64,000 bases of DNA from NCBI RefSeq assembly GCF_039654945.1, contig NW_027361763.1, positions 10,788,001-10,852,000 of the forward strand, in the 5' to 3' direction. This document shows, one piece after another, positions 1 to 11,478 of this stretch; position 1 is the stretch's first letter, and the number at the start of each line of letters is the position of its first letter. A program made the position numbers and the translations under genes. The notes beneath the pieces are model-generated. The model was not told the origin of the DNA and made no database searches. It was given only the letters and a program-made list of their open reading frames with translations. Origin of the DNA: Dendrobates tinctorius (lineage: Eukaryota).

Positions 1-1377
1 GTTGTGCGTGACAAAATGAATAATATGCAAAGTTGACAATATAAATTATCAAAATTTGATAAAGTAATAACAGTGCAATACATAATTATATGCAAAAACA
101 CATTATGAGCAAAATCATATAGAATTATTAAGAAATAAATAAAAATAAATAATAAAAAACGAAAAATAAAAAAAAATAAAGAATGAAAAGTAATAAAAAA
201 TAAAAAATATGAAAAAATAAATATATAAATTATTTTTGGAAAGGATATTTTTTTTGGGAAAATGTAATTGATGATTAAAAAGACCCTGACCCAGCCCCTA
301 AAAAACAGGATATGAAAAGCGCTCATTGTGGTTATAGCTCCTGCCAACCACCAATTAACTTGTACGTGCTGTGTAATTATTAATTGTTGTGTAACAGATC
401 GTTGGTGAATCTATCTCACGCAGAACAATGCACCGAGGCGAGTTACCGACATCACCAGTCGGATGGTGTTACCAAATGACAATATTACAGAAGAGGCGAA
501 ACGCGTCGTTAATTGGGTTTGAACAGATGACATTCACTTTCATAAGACCCCAACAGAGTCTACAAGTCTATACAAGCCGAAAGGCGTATTGTGACAGACA
601 TAGGCACGAAAAGACTGCAAAGCTGGCTCATGTACGAGATAATACTTATATCCCATATTACAGTCTAGTAGAAGAGACCAGGACATGTTCCGACTGACGA
701 TCAATGAGCTCTAGCGATAAATAATGGGGTTAGAGCAAATGAAAAGACAGATCCCATTGTGTAGCAAAAACCAGGACTTTACTCGGAAAATACCAAAACA
801 CATCCTGCTGGACCTTCGGGGAGACTGGCAAATATTCGTTCTGTCTACAGATGAGTGAATCTTTTGAAATGGAAACCATCAGTTTAGCCGATTCTTCCCA
901 GGATAGCTGATATGTCACCAACTGAAAGTATTCCAAAGTCTCAAACAACCCTATGTACATGACATTAATCTCTTTTTTTCGCACACTGATCTTCTCTGCT
1001 GTGAGTTCACACACTATCTATACAGTTTATTATTATATGTGCGATATAGCTTAGTTTTCCCATCTCTATGGCTAAGCTGCGATATGCCCTCACCATCCAG
1101 ATTCACCCTAGAGTGGCTGCTGGATTCCTTGCTTTAGCTTTTATACAGGCTATGATATAAATTCTTGAGCCCACCAGGCCATTACCAAGGTCATGTGATA
1201 CTTCGCTGGCCGATGCAATTTTCCGCAATGTGTAAAATAGCGAAGACCAATTTAGATGATCAAAGTGGGATCGAAAATGGCCAGATTCACCAAGTTTAGC
1301 GAATTTCTTAAACTTCAGCGCAAATTCGATTTTCATCTACTCTAGTTAAGTCATATTTCAGGTAGAGAGGCACAATT

Positions 1378-2530
1378 AGGGGCAGCAGAGAGCTGGCAGG
1401 GTTAAAGGAGAACTGCCACAGACAACAGAGAGCAGGCAGAGGCAACAGAGAGCATGCAGGGGCAAAACAGAGCAGGCAGGGGTAAAGGAGAAAGGGCAGG
1501 GACAAAAGAGAGCAGGCAGGGGCAGCAGAGAGCAGGCAGAGGCAGCAGAGAGCAGGCAGGAGCAGCAGAGAGCAGGCAGGGACAATAGATAGCAGGCACG
1601 GGCAGCAGAGAGCAGTCAGGTGCAGCAGAGAGCAGTCAGGGGCAGCAGAGAGCAGACAGGGACAATAGAGAGCAGCACGGGCAGCAGAGAGCAGGCAGGG
1701 ACAAAGGAGAACAGGTAGGAACAAAGGAGAACTGACAGGAACCACAGAGAGCAGGCAGGGGCAGCAGAGAGCAGGAAAGGAAAATAGAGAGCAGGCAGGG
1801 GCAGCAGAGAGCAGGCGGGAGCAGCAAAGAGCAGGCAAGGACAATAGAGAGCAGGCAGGGGCAGCAGAGAGCAGGCAGGGACCATAGAGAGCAGGCACAG
1901 ACAACAGAGAGCAGGGAGGGACAACAGAGAGCAGGGAGGGACAATAGAGAGCAGGCAGGGACAACAGAGAGCAGACAAGGGCAAAAGAGAGCAGGCAGGG
2001 ACACAGGAGAACAGGCAGGAACCACAGAAGGCAGTCAGGGGCAGCAGAGACGAGGCAAGGACAACAGAAAGCAGGCAGGGGCAGCAGAGAGCAGGTGGGA
2101 GCAGCAGAGAGCAGGCAAGGACAACAGAGAGCAGGCAGGGGTAGCAGAGAGCAGGCAGGGGCAGCAGAGAGCTGGCGGGAGCAGCAGAGAGCAGGTAAGG
2201 ACAGCAAAGAGCAGGCAGGGGCAGCAGAGAGCAGGCGGGGACAATAGAGAGCAGGCACGGGCAGCAGGGAGGGACAATAGAATAGAGAGCAGGCAGGGAC
2301 AACAGAGAGCAGACAGGGGCAAAAGAGAGCAGGCAGGGGCAAAGGAGAACAGGCAGGAACCACAGAAGGCAGTCAGGGGCAACAGAGACCAGGCAAGGAC
2401 AACAGAAAGCAGGCAGGGACAAAAGAGAGCAGGCAAGGGCAGCAGAGAGCAGGCAGGGACAATAGAGAGCAGGGAGGGACAATACAGAGCAGGCAGGGAC
2501 AACAGAGAGCAGGCAGGGGCAGCAGAGAGC
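1378..2530. repeat. Purine-rich minisatellite, ~20-bp unit GGCAGCAGAGAGCAGGCAGG
   Basis: Tandem degenerate copies are visible throughout; they explain the Cys/Leu/Pro-rich spurious ORFs on the minus strand. Confidence 0.95.
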
Positions 2531-2656
2531 CTAATATTAAACTCCTCTCTGGCCATCTTCAGCTTTTCTTGTCACCGAGTCGCCATCTTGTTACCGCAAC
2601 TTCTGACTGACAGGAAAAAGGTCTATGAAAGCATCCTTCTGGCTTTCATAGACTTA

Positions 2657-4803
2657 CAGGTGCATCTCACAAAATTAGAATATCACCCAAAAGTTAATTT
2701 ATTTCAGTTCTTCAATACAAAAACTGAAACTCATATATTCTATAGAGTCATTACACACAGAGTGATCTATTTATTATGTTTATGTATGTTTATATTGATG
2801 ATTATGGCTTACAGCCAATGAAAACCCTAAAGTCATTATCTCAGTAAATTAGAATAATTAACAAAAACACCTGCAAAGGCTTCCTAAGCGTTTATAAAGG
2901 TCCCTTAGTCTGTTGCAGTAGCTCCACAGTCATGGGGAAGACTGCTGACTTGACAGATGTCCAGAAGGCAGTCATTGACACACTCCACAAGGAGGATAAG
3001 GCACAAAAGGTCATTGCTAAAGTGTTCTGCCCTCTGAATATAGGGCAAATATGTTTGTATTATGTGCTGGTTTAGTTATAGTACCATGTAGTTTTGGCTG
3101 AATTAATAGCTATGTCTTTAATAGAATTTATAGCCTGTGTCTTTAACAGCAGACAAAGTGTTGCATGTGGGATTGAAGCAATGTACTCTGGGAAGAGGAA
3201 GATGCCATTTTTATTCTGTGTATTTCATTAGGACACACGTTTATTTGTCCTCCTGTAGCACCCCTACTTGAGTCGCTATCCGGGTAAAGCATATCTGATA
3301 AGATTAATATCTTTTCTTACAATGCAGTGTTGTACAGAGAAGTTATTAACTGTATGGCAGCCAGTGCTCAGTAGATGTAATTAGACACCTGTGTATTCCA
3401 TGTAAAGTTTGCATAACACTGTATGCTTCCTGTAATTGTGTTAGCTGTGTGATCATCTGCCCATGTCGTTTGTATTCTTTATAGTTTTACCGCATGTTCT
3501 ATACTCTTCACCAATAAACAAGTTAGACTAGAGAGAACGGTCTGCTTATTTTGGAAGATAGAAAGTGGTTTATGCTGTATGCTAGATTGCACACCGTGTC
3601 AATGTGTATGAAGGCACAACACTAAAGAAGCTGGCTGTTCACAGAGTGCTGTATCCAAGCATATTAATGGAAAGTTGAGTGAAATTAAAAAATGTGGTAG
3701 AAAAAGGTGCACAGGGAACCGGGATAACTGCAGCCTTGAAAGGATTGTTAAGAAAAGGCCGTTCAAAAATTTGGGGGCGCTTAATAATAAGGACTGGACT
3801 GCTGCTGGAGTGATTGCTTCAAGAGCCACCACACACAGACGTATCTAGGACATGGGCTGCAAGTGTCACATTCCTTGTGTCAGCCACTCATGACCAATAG
3901 ACAGCACCAGAAGCGTCTTACCTGGGCCAAAGAGAAAAAGAACTGGACTGTTGTCAGTGATCCAAGGTGTTATTTTCAGATGAAAGAAAATGTTGCATTT
4001 AGTTTGGAAATCAAGGTCCCAGAGTCTGGAGAAAGAGTGGAGAGGCCACAATCTAAGCTGCTAGAGGTCTAGTGTGAAGTGTCCACAATTAGTGATGGTT
4101 TGGGGAGCCATGTCATCTGCTGGTGTAAGTCCACTGTGTTTTATCAAGACCAAAGTCACCGCAGCCGTCTACCAGGAAATTCTAGAGCACTTCATGTTTC
4201 CCTCTGCTAACAAGCTTTTTGGAGAAGGAAAATTTCATTCTCCAGCCGACTTGGCCCCTGTCCACACTGCCAAAAGTACCAATACCTGGTGTACAAACTG
4301 TGCTTGATTGGCAGCAAACTCGCCTGACCTTAACCCCATAGAGAATCTATGGGATAATGTCAAGAGGAAGATGAGAGACACCAGACCAAACAATACAGAC
4401 GAGCTGAAGGCTGCTATCAAAGCAACCTGGGCTTCCATAAACCCTCAGCAGTGCAACAGGCTGATCGCCTCCATGCCACGCCACATTGATGCAGTAATTG
4501 CCAAAGGAGCCCCGGCCAAGTATTGATGGCATTTACTGATCACACATTTCAGTAGGACAACATTTCTGATTTTAAAATCATTTTTCAAGCTGGTGTTATG
4601 AAGTATTCTAATTTACTGAGATAATGACTTTTGGGTTTCCATTGGCTGTAAGCCATAATCATCAACATTAACAGAAATAAACACTTGAAATTCATCACTC
4701 TGTGTGTAATGACTCTATAGAATATAGGAGATTCACTTTTTGTATTGAAGAACTGAAATAAATTAACTTTTTGATGATATTCATATTTTGTGAGAAGCGC
4801 ATG
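2657..4803 (+). mobile_element. Tc1/mariner DNA transposon, degenerate, interrupted by a 599-bp insert
   Basis: TA|CAGGTGCATCTCACAAAATTAGAATATCA ... TGATATTCATATTTTGTGAGAAGCGCATG|TA long TIRs; transposase fragments KRLTWAKEKKNWT, VMVWGAMS, NSPDLNPIENLW broken by frameshifts. Confidence 0.93.
3023..3621. mobile_element. Solo-LTR-like insertion inside Tc1
   Basis: Inverted termini TGTTCTGCCCTC...GAAGGCACAACA; flanking direct repeat CTAAAG (3017-3022 and 3622-3627); AATAAA near 3513; the Tc1 transposase sequence resumes after it. Confidence 0.7.
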
Positions 4804-4827
4804 TACATTAAGACATTGAGAATAGCA

Positions 4828-5272
4828 CACTGACCATAAGAGCTTACACTCTACAGGAGAGAGAGGACCCTGCTGATCATAAGACCTTACAATCTACATG
4901 ACAGTGCAAGGATTCCGCTGACCATAAAACCATACACTGTAAATAAGACAGAGGACCCCGCTGACCATAAGAGCTTACACTCTACATGAGAGGGAGAGGA
5001 CCCTGCAGACCATAACAGTTTACACTTTACAAGAGAGAGGACACCACTGTCTCAAAGAGCTTATACTCTACAGAAGAGAGAGGGAGGACCCTGCTGACCA
5101 TAAGAGCTCATACTCTACAGGAGAGAGAGAGGACCCTGCTGACCATAAGAGCTTATACTCTACAGGAGAGAGAGAGGATCCTGCTGACCATAACAGCTTA
5201 CACTCTACAGGAGAAGGAGGGTGAGGACCCCACTGACCATAAGAGCTTACACTCTACAGGGTAGAGAGAGGA
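4828..5272. repeat. Tandem repeat, ~43-48-bp unit GACCATAAGAGCTTACACTCTACAGGAGAGAGAGGACCCTGCT
   Basis: About 10 copies; one more partial unit resumes at 6063-6098 after an insertion. Confidence 0.9.
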
Positions 5273-6062
5273 TGTAGGGAGATGGACCGGGCTGGTGGTA
5301 TCTGTCTCTTGTCAGGGTCGGGACTGTCAACATTGTTGCCAGGGGAAAGACTTTCTGATTGGAAAAGACCTTTGCACCTGACTGTAGGAGACGGGTCAGA
5401 TATAAATGGGATGGGGCGCGCCAAAGCGGGTCCTTTGGCGGGAAGACAGCGTGTTACGGGAGAAGGTTGACTCCCTCTCTGCAGACCGACACCAACGAGC
5501 AGGCCGCTTTGCGCTCTTTCATCCCCCGCGCATACAGACCTCCAGAGACCATCACTCTTGTTGTTGCTGACAAGACTAACACAAACCTTTCTTTATCGCT
5601 GACTTCTGCCAGCCCATGACACAGTACTCACCAAACAGTACACGCTGAAGCAGGTAGCATGACCGCGGCCTCCACTTCAGGACTTCATTCACCAAACGCA
5701 GTGCCGCAAATACCCACTTGAGCAGTATATTGTTCCAGGACCATAAGACTTTGCATGGGAAGGCCAGGATGTGTCGCCTCTATTAAGAGACAGTGCTTCA
5801 CCTTTCTCTGGAACCAGTTTGGGAACTTCACGTGTCACCTACGGCGCCATTGTGGGATTTTCCAGCCTCCTCCGTCCGGGAACCATAGACTGATAAGTTA
5901 ACCCATTATTTGAACTTCTACTATTGCTCTATTACTGTATACTCCTTGTTCACCTATATTCCCTCACCCTCTCTCTCCCTGCCTGGAGTATTCACTGTTA
6001 TAATAACTCTTTATAAACAACCCGTTAACTCTTGCTCTGCCTCCTGCTCCTCACTGCATACA
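5273..6062 (+). mobile_element. Probable solo or truncated Gypsy-type LTR
   Basis: TGTA...TACA ends; interrupts the tandem array; 6023-6044 CGTTAACTCTTGCTCTGCCTCC matches 21/22 to the minus strand of the Gypsy LTR at ~22445-22467; no clean TSD. Confidence 0.5.
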
Positions 6063-6849
6063 GATTACACTCTACAGGAGAGAGAGGATCCCACTGACTC
6101 CAGGATCTGACTACGCTGCCTTGGTTTGTAGTCTGTTACCCAGGAGATATATAGGTTTGCATATGTGCTGAATACCAAAAACAAAGTTTCTTACTGTGAA
6201 GGATCTGAACTATCCTGTATGAACACATTTCCTACCAAAGACATTTATTGTTTTTTGAGCTTTTGTTTTTCATGACTTTTCCTATTTCACATTTTTACAT
6301 CATCAGTGCCGTAGGACTATTTTTTTGTGGGCGAATTGAAGCTTTGATTTACATTTTCATTTTATTATATAATGTATAAAAAAATGTAAAAAATCTAAAA
6401 GGTGAAATAGTGAAAAAAGAGCAATTCTGCCATTGTTTTTCAGGTTTGTTTATTGTGCTGTAAAAATGACTTGACATTACGACTCTCCAGGGCGAGATGA
6501 TTAGGCTACTTTCACACATCAGGTTTTCGGCGTCAGGCGCGATCCGGCGTCGTGCCGGAACGCCGGATCCGGCAAATGTTTCGTAAAACCGGATGTGACG
6601 GATCCGGTTTTCTGCCGGATCCGTCTTTTTCTTGACAGACAAAACCGGATCCGTCTCATCCGGTTCCTCCGTTTTTCTATCCGTTTTTCGACGGATTACG
6701 CCGGATCCGGTTTTTAAAATTGACCCTTGTGGCCTTCCGAACGGGATTGGCTACTGGAAAACTATATATAGCATGTTCCTACAGCCCTTCTTTGACAGGT
6801 TGTAGAGGAGAAAGTGCAGGTTGGAGAGAAGAGCAAGTTACTGGCGAAG

Positions 6850-8232
6850 ATGGATGTTGTCATTGGAAATATTTTGAAGAATTTGGCGGATTTTATAGCG
6901 GAGGCGAATCGTTTGAGGGTGATTGTTCTGGAGAAGGAGAGAGCGAGACAGCAGCGCATCAGGCATCGTAGACGACGTTCGTGGATCCACCCCATCACAG
7001 CCAAGAGAATGACGTGTGGGGTCTATTCTACACTCTGCATGGACCTTCGACGAAACCCGGATAAATTTTTTGGATATGTTAGGATGAAAATGGAGAATTT
7101 TGATTACTTGGTGGAGCGCATTGCACACCTCATAAGAAAAGCGGACACCTATTGCCGCTTCTCTGTTTCACCCGCAGAGCGTCTGATGGTGACTTTAAGG
7201 TAAGCCACATTTATTGGATGTGATCGCATCAGAGCACACTTTCACTGCAATCTTGTTGGTGGTAGTTTGTATCTCCAAGTGTTATAGGTCAGTTTTGGTA
7301 TGTAATGCTGTGATTTAAAACTAATTTATTGTTTTTTAATTCCCCACAGATTTCTTGCAACTGGAGAATCCCTTTCGTCACTGCATTTCCAGTACAGACT
7401 CGGGATTTCCACCATATCTGGAATTGTGAAGTACACATGCCGTGCACTGTGGGACTCCTTAGCTGAAGAGTTTTTACCAGAGCCCACAACAGAGAGGTGG
7501 ATTGAAATTGCTGACAAGTTTCAACAGATATGTCAGTTTCCAAACTGCTTGGGCGCTGTGGACGGGAAACATATCCGCATTGTAAAGCCAGCTGGATCGG
7601 GATCGGAATATTTCAATTACAAGAAATATTTTTCAATTGTCCTCATGGCCATCGCTGACGCGGAATACAAATTTATTGCGGTTGATATTGGGGCCTATGG
7701 CCGCTCCAATGACTCTCAAGTTTTCAAACTGTCTGCCATGGGGAGTAAACTGTATGGAAACACCTTCCAGTTCCCACCACCTAGACCGCTGCCGCAAACA
7801 TCTGGTCCACCTATGCCATTTGTCTGTGTTGGGGATGAAGCCTTCCAGCTGTCAGAACACCTTTTGAAACCGTACTCTAGCAGAGGATTGACAAGACCAA
7901 AACGCATTTTTAATTACCGCCTCACAAGAGCAAGAAGAATGGTTGAATGTACCTTTGGTATTCTGACAGCCAAATGGCGGGTCCTATTGACTGCGATCAA
8001 CCTCAAGACAGAAACTGTGGACGAGGTGATCAAAGCGTGCGTGGTACTCCACAATTTTGTTATCTGCAAGGAACCCATTTCCATTGAGGACACCTCTGAA
8101 GAAACCACCTTGCAAGATTACCATGACATTACCACTAGCAGTTCTGTGACGGTTTCAGTAATGAGGGACAATTTTGCAATATACTTTATGTCACCTCAAG
8201 GCAGAGTACACTGGCAGGATGACAGAGTGTGA
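6850..8232 (+). CDS. Harbinger (HARBI1/ALP1-like) DDE transposase, 2 exons (6850-7199, 7350-8232), 410 aa
   Basis: A GT..AG intron at 7200-7349 joins ERLMVTLR to FLATGES in frame; catalytic motifs GAVDGKH, GDEAF and RRMVECTFG, plus ACVVLHNF; no internal stops. Confidence 0.93.
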
Positions 8233-8703
8233 AAGATTTGTGCCCTAACCAAACTTGTGTACCTTCTGTACCAACAGTATATACCTTTGCCAACCAAAGT
8301 TGGCTATCTTGTCATGGTCTTACTATTTTTAGCTTTAGGCCACAGGTGTGTACCTGGTTGTGTTTTATGCAAAGTATTTCACCTTTTAACAAAAGTTGTG
8401 TACATTGTTAGGAAATCACCAACAATAAACCCAACTTTTTAGGTGAAATACTTTGCTTCAAACACAACCAGGAACACAACTGTGGCAAAAAGCTAAAATT
8501 TACCCACAGTTATATACCTAGTTTTGAATACCATTTCACCTTTTAAATACCCTGTATTTAACCTTTTTCGCCGCAGAAAGAAATGACAGACAACCAGTGT
8601 AAAATAATTTAACTTTTATTGAAAAATGTTTTTTTACGTAAACTTTTTTAAAATTTTAATAAACTTGTTTAATAAAGCTTTGAAACCATAAAACTGGCCA
8701 TTT

Positions 8704-11437
8704 TTATTTAAATACACACATTATAAATCTGTGTAGTGTGTGGTGGAAATACTGCTGGAGGGGCTGCGGGACACTTCGACACTGGGAGTGTGGAGAGAGG
8801 ACTGGGATCGTGGTGGGGAAGGAACAGTTAGAGGTGAAGGTGTGGAAAAAACTACAGAATGGGTGGACATGTGGGAAGCAGAAGAGGTGGTGGGTGGTGG
8901 AGGGTTGGGCAGGGACTGTAGGAGCAGATGATGTTGATGGCAAGTTGTATGGGGAAGGAGTTTGGTACAGGGCAGGTTGCTGGAAGTGGGGAGATGTCTT
9001 GTACGGGGCAGGTTGCTGGAAGTGGGGAGATGTCTGGTACGGGGCAGGTTGCTGGAAGTGGGAAGATGTCTGGTACTGGGGAGTTGGCAGGTACTGGGGA
9101 GGTTGCTGGTACTGGGGAGGTTGCTGGTACTGGGGAGGTTGCTGGTACTGGGGAGGTTGCTGGTACTGGGGAGGTTGCTGGTGCTGGGGAGGTGGATGGT
9201 GCTGGGGAGGTGGATGGTATGTAATAGGAGGGGGAGGATGGAAAGTGGCTGGAGGGGGTGTAGATGTAATAGGAGGGGGAGGATGGAAAGTGGCTGGAGG
9301 GGGTGTAGATGTAATAGGAGGGGGAGGATGGAAAGTGGCTGGAGGGGGTGCAGGTGGAGGAACTACTGTGGTGGGAGGAGGAGGTTGGGAGGTAACTTGC
9401 TGGAGAGCAGCGTGGCATGAATGCATTACATGCATCTGCTGGGCAGGAGAGAGCGTTTCCATGCGCTCCACAACAGACCTGAAAAAGGTGTGGTTTGGCG
9501 AAGATCTTGCTTCTGAATGCATGGTTTGCATAAGTGTCTTCACCTCCAGAATGCTGGAGTTGATCTGCTGATAGCCTGCGGAGATTTGCTCTGACAAGAC
9601 TTTTAGACAGTTCTGGAAAGATGCATTCAGATGCAAGAACTCTGGCGCATAAGTCTTTTCCTGACCCCTCTGCCGCTGCCGCCCAGTACCCGCAGGTGTA
9701 CTAGAGGTGGCAGGGGCAGAAGGGTGGGGTAAAGGGAAAGCGATCTCCTCACCAGCAGCTTCATGTAATGTAGGCGGCCACGATGCTCCTGTGCTGGTGG
9801 ATGGGACAGATGGGTCGAATGTGTGGGAAGGCTGGGAAGGTGCAGATGTACCGGGGCGGTCGAAGTGTCCCTCGGTGCCGGTCTCCTCAGGGATCGCCTC
9901 AGAAGGGTCCAATCGTGCAGGCTCCCGAGTGCTGCTCACCGTGCTGTGGAATAAAGAGAAAAAAAAACAATTAAAATACTGACATGGTATGGCCCTGGCT
10001 GAAAAAAAAAATTTACATCTAACATTTTTTTTCACATGTGGTGTGTAATATTTACCTTCTGGTGAGCATTGTCTCCCGGAGGAACGACAGGGCTTCTGCG
10101 TACTTGTACTTGCTCCTGCGTCCTCCAGATCCACTCGGGGCCCGCATCTCTTTATTGAACTCCTTCTTGAAACGATCCCTCACAGACCGCCACCGATTCA
10201 CAATTCTGTTCCCTGAAACGAGAAAGGACAAAGTGGTTAGTATACAACATCAGTGTTTCCCAAACTCCAGTCCTCATGGTCCCCAGGGGTCATGTTTTCA
10301 GGATTTCCATAGTAAATAGAAATCCTGAACACATGATCCGTGGGGACCACGAGGACTGGAGTTCGGGAAACACTGGTTTACATCAAGCAACCGGTACTGT
10401 ATATACTTACGCTCTTTAATCTGGGCCCGAACATCGAGGTCCTCCCAGCGGCCCACAAGAAGCGAACAGATTTCCTCCCAGAGTCGTCGGGTAACGATAA
10501 GGTCAGCGTGGCGGCGGTCAGCCATATTCCAGAGCGGCTCCCTTTCTCTGACGAGATCGATGAGGTGGTCCACAGCGAGTCCTCCATCCTCACCATCAGA
10601 GTCGGGAGCACGCTGTGAAGGCTGTTAAAGAAAAAGACAAAAATAACATAATTAGCCTCCACAAAAGAAATGAAATAAAAAGTGCAAAAAAACAAAGCAA
10701 AAATATTTATACTTACACGCTGGTGACCACCGCGTTGCTGTCGCCGACGACCCTGGGAGGCACTGCGAGGACCTCTTGGCCGAGCACCAGATTGGGAAGA
10801 CTAGAGAAGAAAACAAAAAATGTTATGTCTTTGGATGTAGGCATTTGTTTGCTGTGTGTGGTCTGCAGAACATTGTTTTCTATGTGTTGTGTGTAGTGTG
10901 ATGTTGTGTTTCTGCGTTTGATGCAAAAAACTTACCAATTGTGAGCCCACTCCAAGTGTCTGTCCACCCCTTCCTTCTTCTTCTGGGAGCTCCTCTTCAT
11001 CTTGTGAATCCTGTTTTGAAATAAAAGGCAATGAATAGACATATATTACAGAGATGATGGATTTTGGAAATAAAAACTTACCGTCAAACGCTGACGATGC
11101 GAGGGAGGGCTCCCAGAAGATGATGTGCTGTCTTCCTGGTGGCCACACTCCATGCCTGTGGGTGGTGTTCCACCTGCTGCCATTGCTGCTGCTGCTGCTG
11201 CATCTATTGGGCGGCTGTTGAATAAAGAGAAACAAAGGGCCAATGAATATCTTGATATTCAATAGCCCTAGTTTGGAGGAATGGGTTATTTGATAATTAC
11301 CGTCTCTCATCTGCTGCTGGCCTCCCCTCCTCAGCATGTTCCATTTGCTGCTCCATTTGGGGTGGTGGTGGTGCTGATGGTGCTGCAGTGGTCTCCTGCC
11401 TTCTCCTGCTGCGCTTGGTTGCTTTCTTGGGTGGCAT
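8704..11437 (-). CDS. Harbinger accessory MADF/Myb-SANT DNA-binding protein with BESS-like motif; 7 exons (11437-11301, 11214-11082, 11010-10936, 10800-10717, 10621-10411, 10212-10056, 9943-8704), ~678 aa
   Basis: All six introns are GT..AG and phase-compatible; starts MPPKKATKRSRRR (NLS-like); MADF pattern LIDLVREREPLWN...LWEEIC...RWRSVRDRFKKE...PSGSG...YKYAEALSFL; BESS-like NHTFFRSVVERMETLSPAQQ; Pro/Gln repeat tail. Confidence 0.85.
8950..9385 (-). repeat. Coding tandem repeats in the last MADF exon (QQPPQY, PYQTSPHFQQPA, PPPATFHPPPPITST units)
   Basis: 18-, 36- and 45-bp units, all multiples of 3. Confidence 0.85.
10251..10375. mobile_element. 125-bp palindromic MITE-like insert in intron 5 of the MADF gene
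   Basis: CAGTGTTTCCCAAACTCCAGTCCTC ... GAGGACTGGAGTTCGGGAAACACTG; the fold-back covers almost the whole length; hAT/Charlie-like ends; TSD not clean. Confidence 0.75.
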
Positions 11438-11470
11438 GTTGGGTGTGGCTGTGGGTCCCACTGTCTTGCT

Positions 11471-11478
11471 TTTATATA
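11471..11478 (-). promoter_or_regulatory. Candidate TATA box of the MADF gene
   Basis: TATATAAA on the minus strand ~35 nt upstream of the ATG at 11437; an analogous TATATATA at ~6763 precedes the transposase. Confidence 0.45.

Noticed and set aside
1308-2556. Cys/Leu/Pro-rich ORFs resembling keratin-associated proteins
   Set aside because: Translations of a 20-bp minisatellite in several frames.
6850-8232. Domesticated host HARBI1 gene
   Set aside because: It lies between TIRs with a partner MADF gene, so it is a transposon copy.
8738-9571. Gly/Trp-rich plus-strand ORF
   Set aside because: Antisense shadow of the Pro/Gln repeat exon of the MADF gene.
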